Below, in pieces: positions 53,194-64,000 of a DNA stretch of 64,000 nucleotides (its first letter is position 1; the number at the start of each line of letters is the position of its first letter). The position numbers and the translations under genes were made by a program. The stretch is from Octopus vulgaris. Lineage: Eukaryota. The stretch lies in contig OX597831.1 in NCBI GenBank assembly GCA_951406725.2, positions 21,080,001 to 21,144,000 of the forward strand, read 5' to 3'. A model generated the notes under the pieces. The model was not told the origin of the DNA, made no database searches, and saw only the letters and a program-made list of their open reading frames with translations.

Positions 53194-56185
53194 GAGACAG
53201 AAAGTGAGAGACAGAGAGAAATAGACAGAAAGAAAGGGACTAAATCCTAAATGGCTGTTGATCTCGGCAGTATTTGAACACTTGAATTCAGATCTCAAAA
53301 TACATGGAAGCAAGTATGCAAATAAATCTCCCTGACTTCCTCACAATCCCATCATTTGATCGTCTCAGTTGAGAGGTTAGGGAATCATGAGTTAGTTTTA
53401 TTTCGTTGAGCTTCATGGGGTTCTGCTATGAAATGTGATCGGTTCTGGAACCCAGAGCGCGTCAGAGGCGGTTCAGGATGTAAATAATGTTGTCAGTCCT
53501 GAGCTGTGATTCATCAGTTGAGCACTGCCTGATTTGATCGGTGTAACGTCGGTTAAAATGTCTCACAGTACTGAGTTAGGATTGACTATAAGCATCTATG
53601 TGTATGTTTATAAACACGAAACATCAATCGTAGACTCAGATACATTTTCCCAATTTAACAATAGAAAACTTTTTAATATGATTTATTTGGATCGTCTAAC
53701 ATCGTGATGCAAGGTTTTCCGATGTTCACCTCCTAGACATTTTACAATATTTCAACAAATACTTTTATTTATGGCGATATAAACGTTAAGATATAAGATG
53801 TAACACAAGCAAAACTATTGATTAGCTTAATTTAGTTTAACGTCGTTCAGTCTTATATCTTACAGTTAGACATACCAAACGACGAAACGGTTTTCTGTTA
53901 GAGATGTACTTTACATTTAGCCAACTGAAATCACGACCAAATAAACTGTCAGACAGTCAGTAATTCATATAAAGTGATGGAAATGTATTATTTATTTTAT
54001 TCTCAAGATATTTGTTGACGGCTGATATTCGACAGCATATCTGTGTCGGTTGTATTGCTGCATAAATAAACACCAAAGGCTGCGTTCAGAAACGTAACGC
54101 CCGATCGTCTGCCATGAAATAACTCACACGTACATTCAGAATTTGGCCAAAAACTACGCTGTTTCCTCTTTATCTTTTCTGTCGCCACCATGCGAATCTG
54201 TGCGTCCAGTCCTCTGCTTGCGAAGGAATTTTGCTATCATATCTTAGACAGTGCTTCTGCTGTTGCTGCTGTTGATGTTGCTGTTGCTGCTGCTATTGTT
54301 GCCGCTGCTGCCGCTGTACATAGTGATATTCTTGACCACTCCAAAGTAGTGACACCTGATCGACTGTTTATTAACTCACTCATAGATATACCTCAGCCTC
54401 TGAAGAACATCATACTGTCTTTTCTCTCTGCTTTTGAAATGACTATGATAATGACACCTGCTCTTTGGCGCTTGCTGGACTTATGTCACCCCCACAAAGA
54501 CAATATTGTTCTACGAATGTCTTCTTTCATCACCCTTGTATGCAAACTCTACACTCCACAATAAGCACTGCTTATACTCATTTCTGAAAATGTTGGACTC
54601 TTGGAATTCTCTAGGGTATATAGGTTGTGAGAACTTCTCTTGAATATTGTGTAAAATTGATCAGCTTCTGTACGACCAACGTCACACCGCATAAGATAAT
54701 GTCTTTAGTGCAAAGGCAGTAGGTTCTTTAAACACAGATATATACATAAATTATTAGGGCATCTTCAGAGAAAAGCATGTCATCCTCAAACAGACCATAT
54801 TTTGATAAATCTCCCACGTAATATGTCAGATGGCAGAACTCAAAGTGCAGATATCGGAAATGGCTCTCAGATAGTAATAAGGATAATTCAGTTAAAGCTG
54901 AAGTTTAAAGGAAATAAATGAAGGTTTACCAGCTTAGGCACGGGAAAGTTGAAAGATGATGGAATGAAAGATACATTTGTAGTTGAATCTATTTGTAATT
55001 GAAATCTATTTGTTGTGTTTGAAGCTCAACATGATATAGAAATCAATGATAGATGGAAGAACGTACCGGAAGTAAGCCGGATTATAGACAATGGTGTTCT
55101 GTTGAGAGGAATTATGGGAAGAAGGAAATGGAATCCGGATGAAACATAGGAAATTATTGAACTATGAAAGGAACAAAGACAGATAGTTGAAGGCTTGAGA
55201 AAGAGAGATAATGCGATGGAAGTTAAAATGGAAATAGTTAAATACTGTAGTGTGAAACACAGCGGTGAAACGTCTTTAAAGAAGACATAAAGAGGAGACA
55301 AAAAATTATCTAACGAAGCAGACAAATTACTCAATGAAGGAGGCTGTACAGGAGATAGAAAATTTTACGAACTAATAAATTAGTTTACAGATAACGAGTA
55401 TAAGATGGCTAATTGCGTTTAGCATTGATGGGAAACTAATAAAATCCGATATGAACACCCAAGACAGATGGACGGAACAATTTAATGAACAAGTTGCTTC
55501 ATAGAACAAAATGCTGTGATAATTCTTGAGTTTACAAATGGAATTGGAAGTAGGTGTCGATGAAACAAACTGTTGAAAAATAGTAAATGATATTGAGCAA
55601 TTTAAAGAAATGCTGACGATTATCGTGCATTAAACGAAATTGATGGACAAATACGTAAAACAGCTAAGTATATAGAACTGCAAGACTATTATTGAAGCTG
55701 TTTCATAGTATATGGATGACTTAGCAACTATTTGACAATAGGTGGGTTGTTGGAGACCTTTGGAACTAAGTGTTCAGAAGCTAGACGATCCGGGCACTAG
55801 GAAACATCAGGTACTAAGTGAATAATAATTCAGGTTTCAGGGACTAGGATTACAAAACTGGAGAACTCAAGATGTTCTTGAGATATCTTGTCCACGGACA
55901 AAGAAACAAACAAACACGACAGAAAGCAATACCCCCGCCTTCGCTAAGGCGGAGGTAATAATAATAGTAATAATTCTTTCTATTATAGACACAAGGCCTG
56001 GAATTTGTTGGGAGAAGGTAAGTCAATCACATCAAGTCTAGTACTTGACTGTACTTAATTTATGGGCACCGAAAAGATGAAAGGCAAAGTTGACCTCGGC
56101 GGAATTTGGACTCGGAACGTAAAGACGGGCAAAATACCGCTAAGCATTTTGTCCGGCGTGCTAACTTTCCTGCCAGTTCTCTGAC

Positions 56186-56246
<61 letters not shown>

Positions 56247-56306
56247 TGATGATGATGATGATGATGATAATATTAATAATAATAATAATAATGATAACAA
56301 TAATAA

Positions 56307-56369
<63 letters not shown>

Positions 56370-56677
56370 GAAGAGTGCCATATTTGTCATGTGAAATTGG
56401 TTGAAAGATATTTCGGCATCTAGCATCCCTTCCACAGCTTCAAAATTACATGTCTGTCTACTTTATTTTTTGTTAAGACTATATAGGACCGAGGTAACTC
56501 ATCCAGATGTCTTAGAAAATGTTTTTACAAAAACTGAAGTAGACTGACATGTAATTTTTGAACATGTGGAAGGCACGCTAGATGCCGAAATATCGTGCAA
56601 CCAATTTCACATGATATGGCACTCTTCTATTTATTTGTGTATAACTTCTGGATGAGTTACCTCTGTCCTATATAGTC

Positions 56678-56763
<86 letters not shown>

Positions 56764-56781
56764 GATAAAAATAAAAACAAA

Positions 56782-56861
<80 letters not shown>

Positions 56862-57262
56862 TAATAATGATAATAATAATAATAATCAGCAAAATGTGGA
56901 CTCTGAAGACTAAAACAATACCTGTTGTCATAGATGCCCTGGGAATGATAGCAAAATGGGCTGATTGCCATCTAACTCAGATACCAGGAAACCCCAAAAT
57001 GGCAGAAATTCAAAAGATAGTGCTCATGGGAACTGCTCATATCCTACGCAAAATACCTTTCTATGTAATCTCAAGGTTTAAAACAAACATAATTTTTTAT
57101 TTTAGACATCCACTAGTACAACACCAAAAAAGACAACAAAAAAAACAAATATATGGCACACTAGGCATAACAACAACGTGAACTTCCAACCTGTTGTCTC
57201 TTGAGGTCTCAGGGTGAGACTTGGAGCCAACTTGTACAAATATAAAGCAAAAGTCAAACATA

Positions 57263-57325
<63 letters not shown>

Positions 57326-57328
57326 TAA

Positions 57329-57370
<42 letters not shown>

Positions 57371-57381
57371 TAATAATAATG

Positions 57382-57481
<100 letters not shown>

Positions 57482-57540
57482 TAAAAATAAAAATAAAAAT
57501 AATAATAATAAAAATAAAAATAATAATAATAATAATAATG

Positions 57541-57619
<79 letters not shown>

Positions 57620-58221
57620 GGAGGAGGTAAAGTTGATAAATGCGATTATGAGAATGGTATGATGATAATGGTTATTCTGATTAAAATATTAATGTTAATA
57701 AATTTAAACAACGTCGTCTTCACCATCACCAATACCACCACCACCACCACCACCATTGTCGTCGTCGTCGTCTTCGTTGTCATCGTTATCATTATCGTTG
57801 TTGTCGCCGTCGTCGGTGTGCTCAGCAATTACTCATACCTCATTTATCATTCATTTTTTTCAACATTGTTCGCACATTCACCTCTACCAGCGACAACAGC
57901 AGCAAACCCCCCCAAAAAAACCAATACCATGAGCAACAGTAGCCGCTCTAACTCGAAGGCCGCTACCGTTACATGTCAAAGCCGCTGCAAATGCTGGTGC
58001 CGCCGTCGCCGCCGCCGCCGCCTCCTCCACCAGTCCCACTATCATCACCACCTCTACCACCAACTCTACCCCAATCATCATCATCACCATGGTCTTCTTC
58101 TTCTTCTTCTTCTTCTTCTTCTTCTTTTTCTTCCTCTTCTTTTTCTTCCTCTTCTTCTTCTTCTTTTTCTTCCTCTTCTTCTTCTTCTTCTTCTTCTTCT
58201 TCTTTTTCTTCCTCTTCCCCT

Positions 58222-58253
<32 letters not shown>

Positions 58254-58275
58254 TTCTTCTTCTTCTTTTTCTTCC

Positions 58276-58337
<62 letters not shown>

Positions 58338-58491
58338 TTCTTCTTCTTCTTCTTCTTCCTCCTCTTCTTCTTCTTCTTCTTCTTCTTCTTCTTCTTCTTC
58401 TTCTTCTTCTTCTTCTTCTTCTTCTTCTTCCTCCTCCTCTTCTTCTTCTTCTTCTTCTTCTTCTTCTTCTTCTTCTTCTTCTTCTTCTTCT

Positions 58492-58538
<47 letters not shown>

Positions 58539-58554
58539 TTCTTCTTCTTCTTCT

Positions 58555-58601
<47 letters not shown>

Positions 58602-58671
58602 TTCTTCTTCTTTTTCTTCCTCTTCTTCTTCTTCTTCTTCTTCTTCTTCTTCTTTTTCTTCCTCTTCTTCT

Positions 58672-58703
<32 letters not shown>

Positions 58704-58839
58704 TTCTTCTTTTTCTTCCTCTTCTTCTTCTTCTTCTTCTTCTTCTTTTTCTTCCTCTTCTTCTTCTTCTTCTTTTTCTTCCTCTTCTTCTTCTTCTTCT
58801 TCTTCTTCTTCTTCTTTTTCTTCTTCTTCTTCTTCTTCT

Positions 58840-58922
<83 letters not shown>

Positions 58923-59040
58923 TTCTTCTTCTTCCCCTTCTTCTTCTTCTTCTTCTTCTTCTTCTTCTTCTTCTTCTTCTTCTTTTTCTTCCTCTTCGTC
59001 TTCTGCTTCTTCTTCTTCCTCTTCTTCTTTTTCCTCTTCT

Positions 59041-59072
<32 letters not shown>

Positions 59073-59100
59073 TTCCTCCTCCTCTCCTTCTTCTTCTTCT

Positions 59101-59135
<35 letters not shown>

Positions 59136-59311
59136 TTCCTCTTCTTGTACAGCATCATCATCGTTATAGTCCCACTCATCCACATCCACATTTTCATCGT
59201 CGCCACCTTCGTCGATTTATCGTTCTTCTTTTCATCGCCGCCGTCGCTTTATGAGAGTACAAAGTGTAAAGCGGCTCATTCATACACGAAGAGAACAGGC
59301 AAAACGAAAGA

Positions 59312-59410
<99 letters not shown>

Positions 59411-60689
59411 AATAATAATAATAAAGGCATCAAGATAATAATAATGAATGACATATTTGAGTAGTAGTAGTGGTGGTGGTGGTGGTTGTTGTAGTAGTAG
59501 GGAAAAGGTGAAGAGGAAGGATGTAGAAGGGAAAGAAAGGGGAAAGAAGAAAAGGAGAAGAAAAAGAAAGAAAAGAAGTAGAAGAAGAAGAAGAAGAAGA
59601 AGAAGAAGAAGAAGAAGAAGAAGAAGAAGAAGAAGAAAGAAGATGATGATGATGATGAAGATGATGATAGAGATGATGAGGCTGACGATTAAGATGATAA
59701 AATACGGGATATGGGAGAAGAATATAGGGAAAAGATGAAGAATGATGAAAAATAAAAGAAATATAAAAGAAATAAAGAAGAATCAAAACAAGAAGAGAAA
59801 ATTTAAAGGAGTAAAACCCTTAAGAGGAAAAGAGAAGAAGAATTAAAACGTGGGCAAAAATGTAAAAGAAAAACACAAAATCAACCAGAAATATGCCGCA
59901 ATGGAATGCAAATATATGAAGAATAACAATAAATTTGAGGTGACGCAATTTAATTATTCATTATCTTTCGTTCAAAGCAGAAATTAAATATAGGAAATTG
60001 CTTCCATAATTTCAAATGTCCTTTAAATTAGACGAAGAACCCCAGTTAAATATTTTCATACAGTACCGGACCTCTTACCCGTTTTCTAGAGATCCACACT
60101 TTCTAGAAATCTGGGAATAGTGTGGAATACTATAACCTATATTGACTTAAGAGGTCGTATGTATATCTTGAAGTTGGTTTATTTGCATATGGTGCATGGA
60201 AAACAGTTTTGTACTTTGCTTTTTAAAATTGATTGATAAAGATTACAAATGCACTGTTTTGTGCCTGTATCTGTTAAATAAAATCGTGTTCTTTACTTCG
60301 TTTAATTTAAAAAATATATCATGTATACAGGGTAACTGTGCACATGGTGCTGTATGATATATTTTAAGTATAAATATTAAACAGAACCTGTTTCAGAAAT
60401 GTATTAACTTGAACCTGTTAAATAGAGTTTAACTATTTTATTTTACATAGTTTATTGTATGTATTAAGTATATTATTTAGACTATTTATTGAAAAGCAGA
60501 AAGTCCTCAAGTCCGATACAATTCCGGCCCAAATATTATTGGATAATTGGTCACCTGATCAATGACCTTGGAGATATTTATTATAAAGATGCAACGAAGA
60601 TACATGCAATGAAAATTTGTTATAGTGAAAAGCGACCGTTTCTCAAAGTGAAACTATGACATGTCGTGCGAAATGGGATTAGCGCCAAA

Positions 60690-60840
60690 TTTATATAAAA
60701 TTGCTTTCACGGTGTAAGATGTAATATGAAATGCCATTAAATCACGTGTTTAGACGTTAGGTCAATTTATATATGCAACCCTACAATCATTCCGAAATCC
60801 GAACCACTTTTGTTCTCAGGTGGTTCTGATAAACGATAAG
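60690..60840 (+). mobile_element. pogo/Tigger-like transposon right-end remnant
   Basis: cgtgtttagac..tag/ggtc...tatatgcaa...ttccgaaatccgaa.cactt..g...gataa.cgata recalls Tigger4/MER46-type right ends (recalled similarity, not computed). Confidence 0.4.
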
Positions 60841-60964
60841 TAATTTTGAAAAAGGATTAGTAATTCAACACAAGGACTCTCCTGACGTAGAAATCCTGTC
60901 AGACGTTTACTATGAACTCCATTATTTCCGATTTTTAATATTTCTTCTTGTCTTACGAAACTAT

Positions 60965-61330
60965 TTAAGGCGGCAAATTCATATCGTTAAAGCGCCGGAG
61001 AAAACCCTTGTGACAATCATTTCAGTTTTGCTGTTTGCGTCAAAAGTAGGGCGAAGAAATCTTTGCCATTTACTCCCTCGAAGTTGATAATTTGAAGTAT
61101 TTACTGAAAAACGGAAAGTCCTCAAGTCCAATACAATTCCGGCCCAAAGCTCTCGAATAGTTTTATTCGAGGACGTTCCACTTTTCAGTGAATACTTCAG
61201 TTTATCAACTTCGAGAGAGTAAATGGCAAAGATTTCTTCGTCCTTCTTTGGACGCAGACTGCAAAGCTGAAATAACTGTCACAAGTATTCTCTCCTGCGC
61301 TTTAACGTTGATATGAGACTTCCGTCTTAA
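60965..61330. repeat. Imperfect inverted repeat with about 160-bp arms
   Basis: 60965-61123 is the reverse complement of 61169-61330 with scattered mismatches. Confidence 0.88.
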
Positions 61331-62219
61331 ATTTTATGGCACAAGGCAGTAATTCCTCCAACTTTTCATAAATATACCTTAAACCAACGTCTGATTCCTT
61401 AAAAATATACATCCCGTGTAACTTGTATTCTAGTAGTAATTGTGTTCGGTTCACATTCATGGAATGGTGTGTTCACTTCCTGAGAGAACTATTGCATGCA
61501 ACCATTGATAAAGTCTCTTTATTTCATGCTTCTTCATCCAATAAGCTACATATGTATACAACTCGACAGTTGGTTTAATTCGCTTTCTTCACGAAGTTGT
61601 CGTATCCTGGATGGCCCACTGCGTCAAACAGTGAAAGACTTGACCGTGTATCTATGTCTGTTCGCGATACATTGGCATCTAAAACACAAAGTGATAACAT
61701 GGTACAGATATCAGACTATACTCGCTTGCAACTGAAGGCTTTTCAATTTTACGTAGAAGATCAAACGAGACAGGGAAATCTCAGATAAAACTGAGCATAT
61801 CCTCAGCTTTACATTAAGATTATGGAATACCAGAATACTTAACATCGGACAAAATGGATCAAACAAAATGTTCCGGTGGTGTGATCTCTCGTTTCAAATT
61901 CTACTGCAATAAACTTTGTGTTTCATCTTTCCAAGTCCGCTAAATCGCTGTAGTGGTCAAGAGATGTGCCTTACTAAGTATATTAAAGCTTTGGAAGACC
62001 TGATTGTTGGTGTATGCTCAGGATCTGACTTCTTGGGGTAATGCGGACGAACCCCTCAGCTTTGTTAACTACTCCACATTTTTGGCTATAAGGAATGGAG
62101 TTTATTCTGTTGCAAGTATTCGTGTCATGTCTCCAACATACCGACACACGTAAATGTAAGTGTTTGTATGTGTACGAATATATATATGCGCACAGGCACA
62201 TATATGTATATATATATGT

Positions 62220-62254
<35 letters not shown>

Positions 62255-62669
62255 TATATATATAAATATATAGTCTTGTACTCTGTTTTTTCGTTGTTAC
62301 AAAAAGGTCCGTTCCATGCTTGTTTTTACGTTTTCGTTTCTCTTTGAGTTCTACGTCTATTTGTGGTGTCCTGTACTCACGTATATATATTATATGCATG
62401 TATATATACATATAGATGTAGGTACGTACATATATGTTTGTATGTATGCATATATTTTATTTATTACACTATATATACATATATATGCATGGTGGTTGTC
62501 TACTCCTTATGCAGAGTCTGACTACTACCTATGATACTTATATCTTAGATCCATCGTGGCGTGTGATACGGCTTTTTAAACCAGGCAGTGTATTGTAAAG
62601 ACACCCAAATATCTGATTTAGACCATCATGAGCTGCACTTAAGTTCTGATCTTTCTGGCTCTTAAAACG

Positions 62670-62760
62670 TCTTTTACCTCTCCATCCTTTCTGTCGAAGA
62701 TCGTTGGGCCGAAACGTCAAAGCCTTTACCATCCTTCTTGAGCGTTAAAACAATACACCT
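62670..62760 (+). mobile_element. Diverged member of the 33293-33432 family with hammerhead-like motif
   Basis: CTTT-CTGTCGA-A-...-GAAA-CG-TC-AAAG, followed by ttc.tgagcgttaaa. Confidence 0.6.
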
Positions 62761-62877
62761 AAGATGTAAGTACAAGAAGTGATCAGAATAAATTTCATGA
62801 TATATATATATATACATATATAAACATATATATATATACATATATACATGAGGTGGATGCATATATATATATACATA

Positions 62878-63112
62878 TATGCATGGGGTGGATGCAGATG
62901 TCTTTAAAATAAAACTGGATCTCTTCTTGTCAGGTGTCCCAGATGAACCAACTTCACGGCAGGAGGTGCAGATGAGGGCAGCTGCATCGAACTCTCTCAT
63001 GCACAAATGGCAATTGCTAAAAAGCATTCGTGAAGTAAAATCATGTAGCAACACCAAATGGCGGTGCCCCAGCATGGCCAGAGCTTGTGAGCTGAAACTA
63101 AATAAAAAAAAA
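62878..63112 (+). mobile_element. CR1/L2-group LINE 3' end
   Basis: HGVDADVFKIKLDLFLSGVPDEP...AASNSL C-terminus; UTR GGCGGTGCCCCAGCATGGCC...CTGAAAC then A-rich tail. Confidence 0.75.
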
Positions 63113-63162
63113 TAACTTACATACATACATACATACTTATCTATATAATTATACATATATAT

Positions 63163-63200
63163 ATACTAGCTGAAGGTGACCCGCTCTACGCGCGGGTAAG
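63163..63200 (+). mobile_element. Helitron-like terminal fragment
   Basis: ATACTAGC followed by hairpin ACCCGC-TCTACGC-GCGGGT. Confidence 0.4.
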
Positions 63201-63232
63201 AGTGTGGTTGTTACTTTCTGTTGCTTCCTTTC

Positions 63233-63550
63233 AGCACGTAAAAAGCACCATCCGAACGTGGCGGATTGCAGCGCCGCCTTGACTGGCTTCTGTGCTGGTG
63301 GCACGTAAAAAGCACCAACCGATCGTGGCCGCTGCCAGCCCCCCTGGCACCTGTGCAGGCGGCACGAATAAAGCACCCACTACGCTCACAGAGTGGTTGG
63401 CGTTAGGAAGGGCATCCACCTGTCGAAACACTGCCAGATCAGACTGGAGCCTGGTGCAGCCTCCTGGCTTCGCAGACCCCTGTCAAACTGTCCAACCCGT
63501 GCTAGCACGGAAAACGGACGTTAAACGATGATGATGATGATGATGATGAT
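63233..63550 (+). mobile_element. SINE family E 3' part with (GAT)n tail
   Basis: Three GCACGTAAAAAGCACC-like repeats, GTTGGCGTTAGGAAGGGCATCCA, ending CGGACGTTAAAC(GAT)n. Confidence 0.8.
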
Positions 63551-64000
63551 TCTCCCTCTTTGTTTCTTTCTCCTTTCTCTCTCACTTTCCCACTCTCTTA
63601 CTCTTCCTTTCTCTCGGACTCTCCCTCGCTTTCTCTTACTCTCTATCTTTATGTATCTCTCTCCCATTTATAAACAACAAAAGATCTTGAGTAAGTTGAG
63701 AAATAAAATATTTAGAAAGATCAATCATAAATATCAGGCAGTTACAAAGGAAAGGTCTGCTTGAAGACAGACAGCAAAACACTAACATTTAAAAGGGACA
63801 GACGAACTTGCAAGCTGAATAAAAATAATAAAATATTGGAAACCAAAGTTTGAAGGGATAGAATTTGAGGATAGTAGAGTCACCATGGCTGGCATTTCTT
63901 AACGACGGACAGCAACGTATTGACAGTTCAACGGCTGGCGTAAAATTTAGAACTTGATGTAAAAGAAAATCCCTAAAAACCAAGTTTTGACTTGATTCTT

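Overview
AT-rich eukaryotic non-coding DNA. The SINE and LINE families and the extreme microsatellite load point to a cephalopod (Octopus-like) genome; this is an inference from repeat content. No intact host gene, rRNA, true tRNA or CRISPR array is recognisable, and nearly all track ORFs are microsatellite read-throughs or decayed transposon fragments. Contents: decayed R4/Dong-type RT-RLE retrotransposons linked to (TAA)n; RTE and CR1-like LINE ends; a decayed Penelope-like (PLE) RT/GIY-YIG element; mariner/Tc1, hAT, pogo/Tigger-like and Helitron-type remnants; at least five tRNA-derived SINE families; a 66-copy 32-bp minisatellite; and two large near-identical duplications (about 2.6 kb and 7.5 kb) that look like assembly artefacts. 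The most interesting signal is that several unrelated short repeats each carry a minimal type-I hammerhead-like motif (stem I, YUGWNRA, one extra nt, stem II, GAAA, palindromic stem III, UH, stem I'). Most lie in fold-back arrangements and one is joined to a tRNA-derived Pol III head, suggesting non-autonomous ribozyme-bearing elements mobilised by PLEs.
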